This document shows positions 33,189 to 47,713 of a DNA stretch of 64,000 nt, in pieces. This stretch comes from Yuukianura sp. NJ FZ-2021 (taxonomy: Eukaryota): positions 248,001 to 312,000 of the forward strand of contig CM102287.1 of NCBI GenBank assembly GCA_046563655.1, written 5' to 3'. The first letter of the stretch is position 1, and every line of letters starts with the position of its first letter. Position numbers and translations under genes: made by a program. Under the pieces are notes generated by a model. The model ran no database searches, was not told the origin of the DNA, and saw nothing but the letters and a program-made list of their open reading frames with translations.

Positions 33189-34239
33189 CATAATTGTTAG
33201 GCTGAACTGAACCTGACGCAGCTGGAGGACGCTGTGCATTGGAACTAGAAGATCCTGAATCGTTAGAAGCCCTAGGCTGATACCTTGCAGACGTTCTCTC
33301 TTTAATTCTTTGATTGTACTCAGAAAAATCATCGGAAGTTTTCGCTCGAAGGAGGGGCTTATTCTCAAATCGCCTAGTCCTATTCAAGTCTCCTATAATC
33401 TCTTTACCATGTGAAATGAGCTCTGCTATCCCTGTAGCTTGCGAAGATCTAAGCAAAAGAGAGATTTCTGGGATACACGAATTAATGATTCTGTCCCTAA
33501 TCGTTTCTGTGGAAACCTGAGGATCGATTCTCCGGTAGGAATTTGAAATGTCCCACGCAAAAGTTTCAAATGATTCAGCAAAAAATTGTTTTCGAGAAAA
33601 TAATTCAGCAAGAAGTTTGTCTTTTGACTGACCAACTCCCTCATAATTTTGAAAAACGACTTTAAAATCTTCCCAGGTTGTGATACTGTCCTTCGTATCC
33701 AACCACCATCGAAAAGTGTCAGAATCTTTGTGGAACATTCGACTAATTAGAACCAATTTTCCTTCTTCAGTTAGATTTTTAAGTGCAAAGTAATCTTCAG
33801 CGTCTTTAAAGAAACAGGAAATAGGTACGCGCTGTGAATATTTAGGAATAGCAATCACTGCTGCTTGTTCCACTAATAAAACTTGGGGCGCGTTAGGTGG
33901 TGTGATAGCTAGTGCGGGTGCGGTACTGGGCTGGGGCGCGGCAACCACTGGCGCGGCGGTTAATTGTTGTGCTTGCATAGCCGCTAATTGCGCTTGTAAA
34001 GTTTGACGTAGGTCAGCAATTACAACGTCTTTAGAATCCGTGGGGTCCATAATTGCGAGGGAATCCGAATATTCCTCCTCTGAATCGGATTTGTTTTCGT
34101 TAATTACTGGGGAAATCAAAAGAACAGACGGGGGTGCGCTTTTCGCCCGCTCCGGTTCAGCAGGGACAAGTAGTCCTGTGTGCGAAGCCTCTGCTTGAGA
34201 CTTCTGTAGTTCCCTACTCGCGCTGCGAGTAATTACCAT
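33189..34239 (-). pseudogene. gag: 3'-truncated gag lacking the zinc knuckle
   Basis: Identical to the 27580 gag up to QPNNY except for one L/W change. Confidence 0.93.
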
Positions 34240-35228
34240 GAAAGAAACTATAAAACAACAAAAACTGACATTTAGAAATGAATTTTAGATGATTTGTTTA
34301 GATTTACGCGGCATAATTTGAAAAAGTTTTGAATTTAAACTGTGAAAAGAATTTGCAAGGCAAAAATCCGAATTGTTAATTTGGGGTGCGGCACCGCGCT
34401 CGACTTGAAAAATGTTAAGCCGAGCGGTGCACTCAGCACTGCTGTGCAAAACCGTACCGTATTGCTGTTCTGCTTATATAGCATGCAGAGCCATGCTTTC
34501 AACCGAATGAACACCGAAATGTACCGAATTCGTCGGTATTATGTCATGAATCGGTGATTAATCCATGATTAATCATCGATTAACGTTATGGGAGAGCTGA
34601 AGGGGGCGGTTCAACGCTACTTTCGGCACCAGATATGAGGGATGACAGACAAGGATATCCGATCCTTGCCTGCCCTCAAATAAATGAACAAACAAACACC
34701 GATACCAAAACGATTTGTGTGCTACGATTTATTGAATCGTAGCCATAACTCTAAACCAAACAAGAGCCCAATCCGGGCTAAACCAAACAATACTGGGCCT
34801 TAAGGGCCTAAACCAAAAATACCGGGGGAAAGGAGGGGAACAAGCCACTACCTGGCCTTTGACCACTAACTGGTCATGGCCACTAACTGGCCGAGACCAC
34901 TACCTGGCCTCAAGGAGACGTAGAGTGTCCAGTGACCTTACGTGACCCTTGGTCAGGCAGAAGAAGACGGTGGTGACGAGCACGGCGTGGCAGGAGGGAG
35001 CTGTTGCTGCTGAGGCTGCTGCATCCGGAGTCGAAGTGAAGTGGCTGATGCAACTGCTGCCTCTGCTTCTGCTTCTTCTCCGATTTTGAATTGGGGATGG
35101 CGGGAGACGGGGGAAACACTTATGGGCATTGGCCCTACATTTTAATTATTTTAACTATTTTAAGATTTTAGCTATTTTATATTTTTAATTATCTAATTAA
35201 TTACACATTTGAGGATCATATCCTCACA
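33189..35228 (-). mobile_element. Inverted truncated copy of the gypsy element: 5' LTR (34634-35228), PBS, leader and most of gag
   Basis: Reverse complement of 26592-28630 with a few SNPs; same flank (GGAT at 35229-35232). Confidence 0.96.
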
Positions 35229-38200
35229 GGATTTCAAAAATGAAATTTACTTTCTGTTTATTCTCGCATTAACATGTTCATTCTCACAAATTTAAGTCGT
35301 TTTCGACAAAATGGTGCTCGGCATTGCCCTGGGTACCGTTTACCAACCCAAGATAAACTCCGAGGCAGAGCGGTTCATCCAGACTTTTAAGTACCTCTAA
35401 CCAGATTTAATGGCGATCTATCCACGCCAATTATCCTTGGGTTCCTGTAGTACTTTTCAGGAGGATTTCAGAAAAGTAACTCATATTCACCCGGCATCGC
35501 TCCGCGTGGAGGTTTTTCGAAATATTTGTTTGGAAACAAATTTTCATAAAAAAAGTAACGAGATGAGGGACGACACAGCAAGTGAAAGTGGGTTCCTGTA
35601 GCCCTTTTTATGAGGATTTCAAAAATGTAGTTGACTGTTACCTAGCATCGTTCCGGAATGCATTTCTTTTGAATTCTTTGTTTTGAAACATGGATTTTCA
35701 TAAATAAAAGTAACAAGATGAGGGAGGACACAGCAAGTGAAGGTGGGCTTCTGTAGCTCTTTTTATGAGGATTTCAAAAATGTAGTTGACTTTTACCTAG
35801 CATCGTTTCGGAATGCATTTCTTTTGAATTCTTTGTTTTGAAACATGAATTTTCATAAATAAAAGTAACAAGATTAGGGACCACACAGCAAGTGAAAGTG
35901 GGCTCCTGTAGAACTTTTTATGAGGATTTCAAAGCTGTAGTTGACTTTTACCCAGCATCGTTCCTGAATGCATTTCTTTTGAATTCTTTGTTTTGAAACA
36001 AGAATTTTCCTAAATAAAAGTAACAAGATTAGGGACGACACAGCAAGTGAAAATGGGCTCCTGTAGCACATATTATGAAGATTTCAAAAATGTAATTTAC
36101 TTTATGTTCATTCTCACATTAGCATGTTCATTCTCAGAAATTTAAGTCGTTTTTGACAAAATGGTGCTCGGCATTGCCATGGGTACCGTTTACCAACCCA
36201 AGATAAACTCCGAGGCAGAGCGGTTCATCCAGACTCTTAAGTACGCTCTAACCAGATTTAATGGCGATCTATCCACGCCAATTATCCTTGGGTTCCTGTA
36301 GTACTTTTCAGGAGGATTTCAGAAAAGTAACTCATATTCACCCGGCATCGCTCCGCGTGGAGGTTTTTCGAAATATTTGTTTGGAAACAAATTTTCATAA
36401 AAAAAAGTAACGAGATGAGGGACGACACAGCAAGTGAAAGTGGGTTCCTGTAGCCCTTTTTATGAGGATTTCAAAAATGTAGTTGACTTTTACCTAGCAT
36501 CGTTCCTGAATGCATTTCTTTTGAATTTTTGTTGTGAAACATGAATTTTCATAAATAAAGGTAACAAGATGTAGGACTACACAGCAAGTGAAAGTGGGCT
36601 CCTGTAGCACTTTTTATGAGGATTTCAAAGCTGTAGTTGACTTTTACCCAGCATCGTTCCGGAATGCATTTCTTTTGAATTCTTTGTTTTGAAACAAGAA
36701 TTTTCCTAAATAAAAGTAACAAGATTAGGGACGACACAGCAAGTGAAAGTGGGCTTCTGTAGCTCTTTTTATGAGGATTTCAAAAATGTAGTTGACTTTT
36801 ACCTAGCAACGTTTCGGAATGCATTTCTTTTGAATTCTTTGTTTTGAAACATGGATTTTCATAAATAAAAGTAACAAGATGAGGGAGGACACAGCAAGTG
36901 AAAGTGGGTTCCTGTAGCGCTTTTTATCAGGATTTCAAAGCTGTAGTTGACTTTTACCCAGCATCGTTCCTGAATGCATTTCTTTTGAATTTTTGTTGTG
37001 AAACATGAATTTTCATAAATAAAGGTAACAAGATGTAGGACTAAACAGCAAGTGAAAGTGGGCTCCTGTAGCACTTTTTATGAGGATTTCAAAGCTGTAG
37101 TTGACTTTTACCCAGCATCGTTCCGGAATGCATTTCTTTTGAATTCTTTGTTTTGAAACAAGAATTTTCCTAAATAAAAGTAACAAGATTAGGGACGACA
37201 CAGCAAGTGAAAATGGGCTCCTGTAGCACATATTATGAGGATTTCAAAAATGTAATTTACTTTCTGTTCATTCTCACATTAGCATGTTCATTCTCAGAAA
37301 TTTAAGTCGTTTTCAACAAAATGGTGCTCGGCATTGCCCTGGGTACCGTTTACCAACCCAAGATAAACTCCGAGGCAGAGCGGTTCATCCAGACTCTTAA
37401 GTACGCTCTAACCAGATTTAATGGCGATCTATCCACGCCAATTATCCTTGGGTTCCTGTAGTACTTTTCAGGAGGATTTCAGAAAAGTAACTCATATTCA
37501 CCCGGCATCGCTCCGCGTGGAGGTTTTTCGAAATATTTGTTTGGAAACAAATTTTCATAATAAAAGTAACAAGATGAGGGACGACACAGCAAGTGAAAGT
37601 GGGTTCCTGTAGCCCTTTTTATGAGGATTTCAAAAATGTAGTTGACTTTTACCTAGCATCGTTCCTGAATGCATTTCTTTTGAATTTTTGTTGTGAAACA
37701 TGAATTTTCATAAATAAAGGTAACAAGTTGTAGGACCACACAGCAAGTGAAAGTGGGCTCCTGTAGAACTTTTTATGAGGATTTCAAAGCTGTAGTTGAC
37801 TTTTACCCAGCATCGTTCCTGAATGCATTTCTTTTGAATTCTTTGTTTTGAAACAAGAATTTTCCTAAATAAAAGTAACAAGATTAGGGACGACACAGCA
37901 AGTGAAAATGGGCTCCTGTAGCACATATTATGAAGATTTCAAAAATGTAATTTACTTTATGTTCATTCTCACATTAGCATGTTCATTCTCAGAAATTTAA
38001 GTCGTTTTTGACAAAATGGTGCTCGGCATTGCCATGGGTACCGTTTACCAACCCAAGATAAACTCCGAGGCAGAGCGGTTCATCCAGACTCTTAAGTACG
38101 CTCTAACCAGATTTAATGGCGATCTATCCACGCCAATTATCCTTGGGTTCCTGTAGTACTTTTCAGGAGGATTTCAGAAAAGTAACTCATATTCACCCGG

Positions 38201-41200
38201 CATCGCTCCGCGTGGAGGTTTTTCGAAATATTTGTTTGGAAACAAATTTTCATAAAAAAAGTAACGAGATGAGGGACGACACAGCAAGTGAAAGTGGGTT
38301 CCTGTAGCCCTTTTTATGAGGATTTCAAAAATGTAGTTGACTTTTACCTAGCATCGCTCCTGAATGCATTTCTTTTGAATTTTTGTTGTGAAACATGAAT
38401 TTTCATAAATAAAGGTAACAAGTTGTAGGACTACACAGCAAGTGAAAGTGGGCTCCTGTAGCACTTTTTATGAGGATTTCAAAGCTGTAGTTAACTTTTA
38501 CCCAGCATCGTTCCGGAATGCATTTCTTTTGAATTCTTTGTTTTGAAACAAGAATTTTCCTAAATAAAAGTAACAAGATTAGGGACGACACAGCAAGTGA
38601 AAGTGGGCTTCTGTAGCTCTTTTTATGAGGATTTCAAAAATGTAGTTGACTTTTACCTAGCAACGTTTCGGAATGCATTTCTTTTGAATTCTTTGTTTTG
38701 AAACATGGATTTTCATAAATAAAAGTAACAAGATGAGGGAGGACACAGCAAGTGAAAGTGGGTTCCTGTAGCGCTTTTTATCAGGATTTCAAAGCTGTAG
38801 TTGACTTTTACCCAGCATCGTTCCTGAATGCATTTCTTTTGAATTTTTGTTGTGAAACATGAATTTTCATAAATAAAGGTAACAAGATGTAGGACTAAAC
38901 AGCAAGTGAAAGTGGGCTCCTGTAGCACTTTTTATGAGGATTTCAAAGCTGTAGTTGACTTTTACCCAGCATCGTTCCGGAATGCATTTCTTTTGAATTC
39001 TTTGTTTTGAAACAAGAATTTTCCTAAATAAAAGTAACAAGATTAGGGACGACACAGCAAGTGAAAGTGGGCTTCTGTAGCTCTTTTTATGAGGATTTCA
39101 AAAATGTAGTTGACTTTTACCTAGCAACGTTTCGGAATGCATTTCTTTTGAATTCTTTGTTTTGAAACATGGATTTTCATAAATAAAAGTAACAAGATGA
39201 GGGAGGACACAGCAAGTGAAAGTGGGTTCCTGTAGCGCTTTTTATCAGGATTTCAAAGCTGTAGTTGACTTTTACCCAGCATCGTTCCTGAATGCATTTC
39301 TTTTGAATTTTTGTTGTGAAACATGAATTTTCATAAATAAAGGTAACAAGATGTAGGACTACACAGCAAGTGAAAGTGGGCTCCTGTAGCACTTTTTATG
39401 AGGATTTCAAAGCTGTAGTTGACTTTTACCCAGCATCGTTCCGGAATGCATTTCTTTTGAATTCTTTGTTTTGAAACAAGAATTTTCCTAAATAAAAGTA
39501 ACAAGATTAGGGACGACACAGCAAGTGAAAATGGGCTCCTGTAGCACATATTATGAGGATTTCAAAAATGTAATTTACTTTCTGTTCATTCTCACATTAG
39601 CATGTTCATTCTCAGAAATTTAAGTCGTTTTCAACAAAATGGTGCTCGGCATTGCCCTGGGTACCGTTTACCAACCCAAGATAAACTCCGAGGCAGAGCG
39701 GTTCATCCAGACTCTTAAGTACGCTCTAACCAGATTTAATGGCGATCTATCCACGCCAATTATCCTTGGGTTCCTGTAGTACTTTTCAGGAGGATTTCAG
39801 AAAAGTAACTCGTTTTCACCCGGCATCGCTCCGCGTGGAGGTTTTTCGAAATATTTGTTTGGAAACAAATTTTCATAAAGAAAAGTAACGAGATGAGGGA
39901 CGACACAGCAAGTGAAAGTGGGCTCCTGTAGCACTTTTTATGAGGATTTCAAAAATGAAATTTACTTTCTGTTTATTCTCACATTAACATGTTCATTCTC
40001 ACAAATTTAAGTCGTTTTCGACAAAATGATGCTCGGCATTGCCCTGGGTACCGTTTACCAACCCAAGATAAACTCCGAGGCAGAGCGGTTCATCCAGACT
40101 CTTAAGTACGCTCTAACCAGATTTAATGGCGATCTATCCACGCCAATTATCCTTGGGTTCCTGTAGTACTTTTCAGGAGGATTTCAGAAAAGTAACTCAT
40201 ATTCACCCGGCATCGCTCCGCGTGGAGGTTTTTCGAAATATTTGTTTGGAAACAAATTTTCATAAAAAAAAGTAACGAGATGAGGGACGACACAGCAAGT
40301 GAAAGTGGGTTCCTGTAGCCCTTTTTATGAGGATTTCAAAAATGTAGTTGACTTTTACCTAGCATCGTTCCTGAATGCATTTCTTTTGAATTTTTGTTGT
40401 GAAACATGAATTTTCATAAATAAAGGTAACAAGTTGTAGGACTACACAGCAAGTGAAAGTGGGCTCCTGTAGCACTTTTTATGAGGATTTCAAAGATGTA
40501 GTTGACTTTTACCTAGCATCGTTTCGGAATGCATTTCTTTTGAATTCTTTGTTGTGAAACATGAATTTTCCTAAATAAAAGTAACAAGATTAGAGACGAC
40601 ACAGCAAGTGAAAATGGGCTCCTGTTGCACTTTTTATGAGGATTTTAAAAATGTAGTTGACTTTTACCTAGCATCGTTCCTGAATGCATTTCTTTTGAAT
40701 TTTTGTTGTGAAACATGAATTTTCATAAATAAAGGTAACAAGATGTAGGACTACACAGCAAGTGAAAGTTGGCTCCTGTAGCACTTTTTATGACGATTTC
40801 AAAGATGTAGTTGACTTTTACCCAGCATCGTTTCGGAATGCATTTCTTTTGAATTCTTTGTTTTGAAAAATGAATTTTCATAATAAAGGTAACAAGATGA
40901 GGGACGACACAGCAAGTGAAAATGGGCTCCTGTTGCACTTTTTATGAGGATTTCAAAAATGTAGTTGACTGTTACCTAGCCTCGTTCCGGAATGCATTTC
41001 TTTTGAATTCTTTGTTTTGAAACATGAATTTTCCTAAATAAAAGCAACAAGATTAGGGACGACACAGCAAGTGAAAGTGGGCTCCTGTAGCACTTTTTAT
41101 GAGGATTTCAAAAATGAAATTTACTTTCTGTTTATTCTCACATTAGCATGTTCATTCTCACAAATTTAAGTCGTTTTCGACAAAATGGTGCTCGGCATTG

Positions 41201-44200
41201 CCCTGGGTACCGTTTACCAACCCAAGATAAACTCCGAGGCAGAGCGGTTCATCCAGACTCTTAAGTACGCTCTAACCAGATTTAATGGCGATCTATCCAC
41301 GCCAATTATCCTTGGGTTCCTGTAGTACTTTTCAGGAGGATTTCAGAAAAGTAACTCATATTCACCCGGCATCGCTCCGCGTGGAGGTTTTTCGAAATAT
41401 TTGTTTGGAAACAAATTTTCATAAAAAAAAGTAACGAGGTGAGGGACGACACAGCAAGTGAAAGTGGGTTCCTGTAGCCCTTTTTATGAGGATTTCAAAA
41501 ATGTAGTTGACTTTTACCTAGCATCGTTCCTGAATGCATTTCTTTTGAATTTTTGTTGTGAAACATGAATTTTCATAAATAAAATTAACAAGTTGTAGGA
41601 CTACACAGCAAGTGAAAGTGGGCTCCTGTAGCACTTTTTATGAGGATTTCAAAGATGTAGTTGACTTTTACCTAGCATCGTTTCGGAATGCATTTCTTTT
41701 GAATTCTTTGTTTTGAAACATGAATTTTCATAAATAAAAGTAACAAGGTTAGGGACGACACAGCAAGTGAAAATGGGCTCCTGTTGCACTTTTTATGAGG
41801 ATTTCAAAAATGAAACTTACTTTCTGTTTATTCTCACATTAACATGTTCATTCTCACAAATTTAAGTCGTTTTCGACAAAATGGTGCTCGGCATTGCCCT
41901 GGGTACCGTTTACCAACCCAAGATAAACTCCGAGGCAGAGCGTTTCATCCAGACTCTTAAGTACGCTCTAACCAGATTTAATGGCGATCTATCCACGCCA
42001 ATTATCCTTGGGTTCCTGTAGTACTTTTCAGGAGGATTTCAGAAAAGTAACTCATTTTCACCCGGCATCGCCCCGCGTGGAGGTTTTTCGAAATATTTGT
42101 TTGGAAACAAATTTTCATAAAGAAAAGTAACGAGATGAGGGACGACACAGCAAGTGAAAGTTGGTTCCTGTAGCCCTTTTTATGAGGATTTCAAAAATGT
42201 AGTTGACTGTTACCTAGCATCGTTCCGGAATGCATTTCTTTTGAATTCTTTGTTTTGAAACATGGATTTTCATAAATAAAAGTAACAAGATGAGGGAGGA
42301 CACAGCAAGTGAAAGTCGGCTTCTGTAGCTCTTTTTATGAGGATTTCAAAAATGTAGTTGACTTTTACCTAGCATCGTTTCGGAATGCATTTCTTTTGAA
42401 TTCTTTGTTTTAAAACATGAATTTTCATAAATAAAAGTAACAAGATTAGGGACGACACAGCAAGTGAAAGTGGGCTCCTGTAGCACTTTTTATGAGGATT
42501 TCAAAAATGAAATTTACTTTCTGTTTATTCTCACATTAACATGTTCATTCTCACAAATTTAAGTCGTTTTCGACAAAATGGTGCTCGGCATTGCCCTGGG
42601 TACCGTTTACCCACCCAAGATAAACTCCGAGGCAGAGCGGTTCATCTAGACTTTTAAGTACGCTCTAACCTTATTTAATGGCGATCTATCCACGCCAATT
42701 ATCCTTGGGTTCCTGTAGTACTTTTCAGGAGGATTTCAGAAAAGTAACTCATTTTCACCCGGCATCGCTACGCGTGGAGGTTTTTCGAAATATTTGTTCG
42801 GAAACAAATTTTCATAAAGAAAAGTAACGAGATGAGGGACGACACAGCAAGTGAAAGTGGGTTCCTGTAGCCCTTTTTATGAGGATTTCAAAAATGTAGT
42901 TGACTTTTACCTAGCATCGTTTCGGAATGCATTTCTTTGAATTTTTGTTGTGAAACATGAATTTTCATAAATAAAGGTAACAAGATGAGGGACGACACAG
43001 CAAGTGAAAGTGGGCTCCTGTAGCACTTTTTATGAGGATTTCAAAAATGTAATTTACTTTTACCTGGCATCGTTTCGGAATGCATTTCTTTTGAATTTTT
43101 GTTGTGAAACGTGAATTTTCATAAATAAAGGTAACAAGATGAGGGACGACACAGCAAGTGAAAGTGGGCTTCTGTAGCTCTTTTTATGAGGATTTCAAAA
43201 ATGTAGTTGACTTTTACCTAGCATCGTTTCGGAATGCATTTCTTTTGAATTCTTTGTTTTGAAACATGAATTTTCCTAAATAAAAGTAACAAGATTAGGG
43301 ACGACACAGCAAGTGAAAGTGGGCTCCTGTAGCACTTATTATGAGGATTTCAAAAATGAAATTTACTTTCTGTTTATTCTCACATTAGCATGTTTATTCT
43401 CAGAAATTTAAGTCGTTTTCGACAAAATGGTGCTCGGCATTGCCCTGGGTACCGTTTACCAACCCAAGATAAACTCCGAGGCAGAGCGGTTCATCCAGAC
43501 TCTTAAGTACGCTCTAACCAGATTTAATGGCGATCTATCCACGCCAATTATCCTTGGGTTCCTGTAGTACTTTTCAGGAGGATTTCAGAAAAGTAACTCG
43601 TTTTCACCCGGCATCGCTCCGCGTGGAGGTTTTTCGAAATATTTGTTTGGAAACAAATTTTCATAAAGAAAAGTAACGAGATGAGGGACGACACAGCAAG
43701 TGAAGGTGGGCTCCTGTAGCACTTTTTATGAGGATTTCAAAAATGAAATTTACTTTCTGTTTATTCTCACATTAACATGTTCATTCTCACAAATTTAAGT
43801 CGTTTTCGACAAAATGATGCTCGGCATTGCCCTGGGTACCGTTTACCAACCCAAGATAAACTCCGAGGCAGAGCGGTTCATCCAGACTCTTAAGTACGCT
43901 CTAACCAGATTTAATGGCGATCTATCCACGCCAATTATCCTTGGGTTCCTGTAGTACTTTTCAGGAGGATTTCAGAAAAGTAACTCATATTCACCCGGCA
44001 TCGCTCCGCGTGGAGGTTTTTCGAAATATTTGTTTGGAAACAAATTTTCATAAAAAAAGTAACGAGATGAGGGACGACACAGCAAGTGAAAGTGGGTTCC
44101 TGTAGCCCTTTTTATGAGGATTTCAAAAATGTAGTTGACTTTTACCTAGCATCGTTCCTGAATGCATTTCTTTTGAATTTTTGTTGTGAAACATGAATTT

Positions 44201-47200
44201 TCATAAATAAAGGTAACAAGTTGTAGGACTACACAGCAAGTGAAAGTGGGCTCCTGTAGCACTTTTTATGAGGATTTCAAAGATGTAGTTGACTTTTACC
44301 TAGCATCGTTTCGGAATGCATTTCTTTTGAATTCTTTGTTTTGAAACATGAATTTTCCTAAATAAAAGTAACAAGATTAGAGACGACACAGCAAGTGAAA
44401 ATGGGCTCCTGTTGCACTTTTTATGAGGATTTTAAAAATGTAGTTGACTTTTACCTAGCATCGTTCCTGAATGCATTTCTTTTGAATTTTTGTTGTGAAA
44501 CATGAATTTTCATAAATAAAGGTAACAAGATGTAGGACTACACAGCAAGTGAAAGTTGGCTCCTGTAGCACTTTTTATGACGATTTCAAAGATGTAGTTG
44601 ACTTTTACCCAGCATCGTTTCGGAATGCATTTCTTTTGAATTCTTTGTTTTGAAAAATGAATTTTCATAATAAAGGTAACAAGATGAGGGACGACACAGC
44701 AAGTGAAAATGGGCTCCTGTTGCACTTTTTATGAGGATTTCAAAAATGTAGTTGACTGTTACCTAGCCTCGTTCCGGAATGCATTTCTTTTGAATTCTTT
44801 GTTTTGAAACATGAATTTTCCTAAATAAAAGCAACAAGATTAGGGACGACACAGCAAGTGAAAGTGGGCTCCTGTAGCACTTTTTATGAGGATTTCAAAA
44901 ATGAAATTTACTTTCTGTTTATTCTCACATTAGCATGTTCATTCTCACAAATTTAAGTCGTTTTCGACAAAATGGTGCTCGGCATTGCCCTGGGTAAGGT
45001 TTACCAACCCAAGATAAACTCCGAGGCAGAGCGGTTCATCCAGACTCTTAAGTACGCTCTAACCAGATTTAATGGCGATCTATCCACGCCAATTATCCTT
45101 GGGTTCCTGTAGTACTTTTCAGGAGGATTTCAGAAAAGTAACTCATATTCACCCGGCATCGCTCCGCGTGGAGGTTTTTCGAAATATTTGTTTGGAAACA
45201 AATTTTCATAAAGAAAAGTAACGAGATGAGGGACGACACAGCAAGTGAAAGTGGGTTCCTGTAGCCCTTTTTATGAGGATTTCAAAAATGTAGTTGACTT
45301 TTACCTAGCATCGTTCCTGAATGCATTTCTTTTGAATTTTTGTTGTGAAACATGAATTTTCATAAATAAAGGTAACAAGTTGTAGGACTACACAGCAAGT
45401 GAAAGTGGGCTCCTGTAGCACTTTTTATGAGGATTTCAAAGATGTAGTTGACTTTTACCTAGCATCGTTTCGGAATGCATTTCTTTTGAATTCTTTGTTT
45501 TGAAACATGAATTTTCATAAATAAAAGTAACAAGGTTAGGGACGACACAGCAAGTGAAAATGGGCTCCTGTTGCACTTTTTATGAGGATTTCAAAAATGA
45601 AACTTACTTTCTGTTTATTCTCACATTAACATGTTCATTCTCACAAATTTAAGTCGTTTTCGACAAAATGGTGCTCGGCATTGCCCTGGGTACCGTTTAC
45701 CAACCCAAGATAAACTCCGAGGCAGAGCGTTTCATCCAGACTCTTAAGTACGCTCTAACCAGATTTAATGGCGATCTATCCACGCCAATTATCCTTGGGT
45801 TCCTGTAGTACTTTTCAGGAGGATTTCAGAAAAGTAACTCATTTTCACCCGGCATCGCCCCGCGTGGAGGTTTTTCGAAATATTTGTTTGGAAACAAATT
45901 TTCATAAAGAAAAGTAACGAGATGAGGGACGACACAGCAAGTGAAAGTTGGTTCCTGTAGCCCTTTTTATGAGGATTTCAAAAATGTAGTTGACTGTTAC
46001 CTAGCATCGTTCCGGAATGCATTTCTTTTGAATTCTTTGTTTTGAAACATGGATTTTCATAAATAAAAGTAACAAGATGAGGGAGGACACAGCAAGTGAA
46101 AGTCGGCTTCTGTAGCTCTTTTTATGAGGATTTCAAAAATGTAGTTGACTTTTACCTAGCATCGTTTCGGAATGCATTTCTTTTGAATTCTTTGTTTTGA
46201 AACATGAATTTTCATAAATAAAAGTAACAAGGTTAGGGACGACACAGCAAGTGAAAATGGGCTCCTGTTGCACTTTTTATGAGGATTTCAAAAATGAAAC
46301 TTACTTTCTGTTTATTCTCACATTAACATGTTCATTCTCACAAATTTAAGTCGTTTTCGACAAAATGGTGCTCGGCATTGCCCTGGGTACCGTTTACCAA
46401 CCCAAGATAAACTCCGAGGCAGAGCGTTTCATCCAGACTCTTAAGTACGCTCTAACCAGATTTAATGGCGATCTATCCACGCCAATTATCCTTGGGTTCC
46501 TGTAGTACTTTTCAGGAGGATTTCAGAAAAGTAACTCATTTTCACCCGGCATCGCCCCGCGTGGAGGTTTTTCGAAATATTTGTTTGGAAACAAATTTTC
46601 ATAAAGAAAAGTAACGAGATGAGGGACGACACAGCAAGTGAAAGTTGGTTCCTGTAGCCCTTTTTATGAGGATTTCAAAAATGTAGTTGACTGTTACCTA
46701 GCATCGTTCCGGAATGCATTTCTTTTGAATTCTTTGTTTTGAAACATGGATTTTCATAAATAAAAGTAACAAGATGAGGGAGGACACAGCAAGTGAAAGT
46801 CGGCTTCTGTAGCTCTTTTTATGAGGATTTCAAAAATGTAGTTGACTTTTACCTAGCATCGTTTCGGAATGCATTTCTTTTGAATTCTTTGTTTTAAAAC
46901 ATGAATTTTCATAAATAAAAGTAACAAGATTAGGGACGACACAGCAAGTGAAAGTGGGCTCCTGTAGCACTTTTTATGAGGATTTCAAAAATGAAATTTA
47001 CTTTCTGTTTATTCTCACATTAACATGTTCATTCTCACAAATTTAAGTCGTTTTCGACAAAATGGTGCTCGGCATTGCCCTGGGTACCGTTTACCCACCC
47101 AAGATAAACTCCGAGGCAGAGCGGTTCATCTAGACTTTTAAGTACGCTCTAACCTTATTTAATGGCGATCTATCCACGCCAATTATCCTTGGGTTCCTGT

Positions 47201-47713
47201 AGTACTTTTCAGGAGGATTTCAGAAAAGTAACTCATTTTCACCCGGCATCGCTACGCGTGGAGGTTTTTCGAAATATTTGTTCGGAAACAAATTTTCATA
47301 AAGAAAAGTAACGAGATGAGGGACGACACAGCAAGTGAAAGTGGGTTCCTGTAGCCCTTTTTATGAGGATTTCAAAAATGTAGTTGACTTTTACCTAGCA
47401 TCGTTTCGGAATGCATTTCTTTGAATTTTTGTTGTGAAACATGAATTTTCATAAATAAAGGTAACAAGATGAGGGACGACACAGCAAGTGAAAGTGGGCT
47501 CCTGTAGCACTTTTTATGAGGATTTCAAAAATGTAATTTACTTTTACCTGGCATTGTTTCGGAATGCATTTCTTTTGAATTTTTGTTGTGAAACGTGAAT
47601 TTTCATAAATAAAGGTAACAAGATGAGGGACGACACAGCAAGTGAAAGTGGGCTTCTGTAGCTCTTTTTATGAGGATTTCAAAAATGTAGTTGACTTTTA
47701 CCTGGCATCGTTT

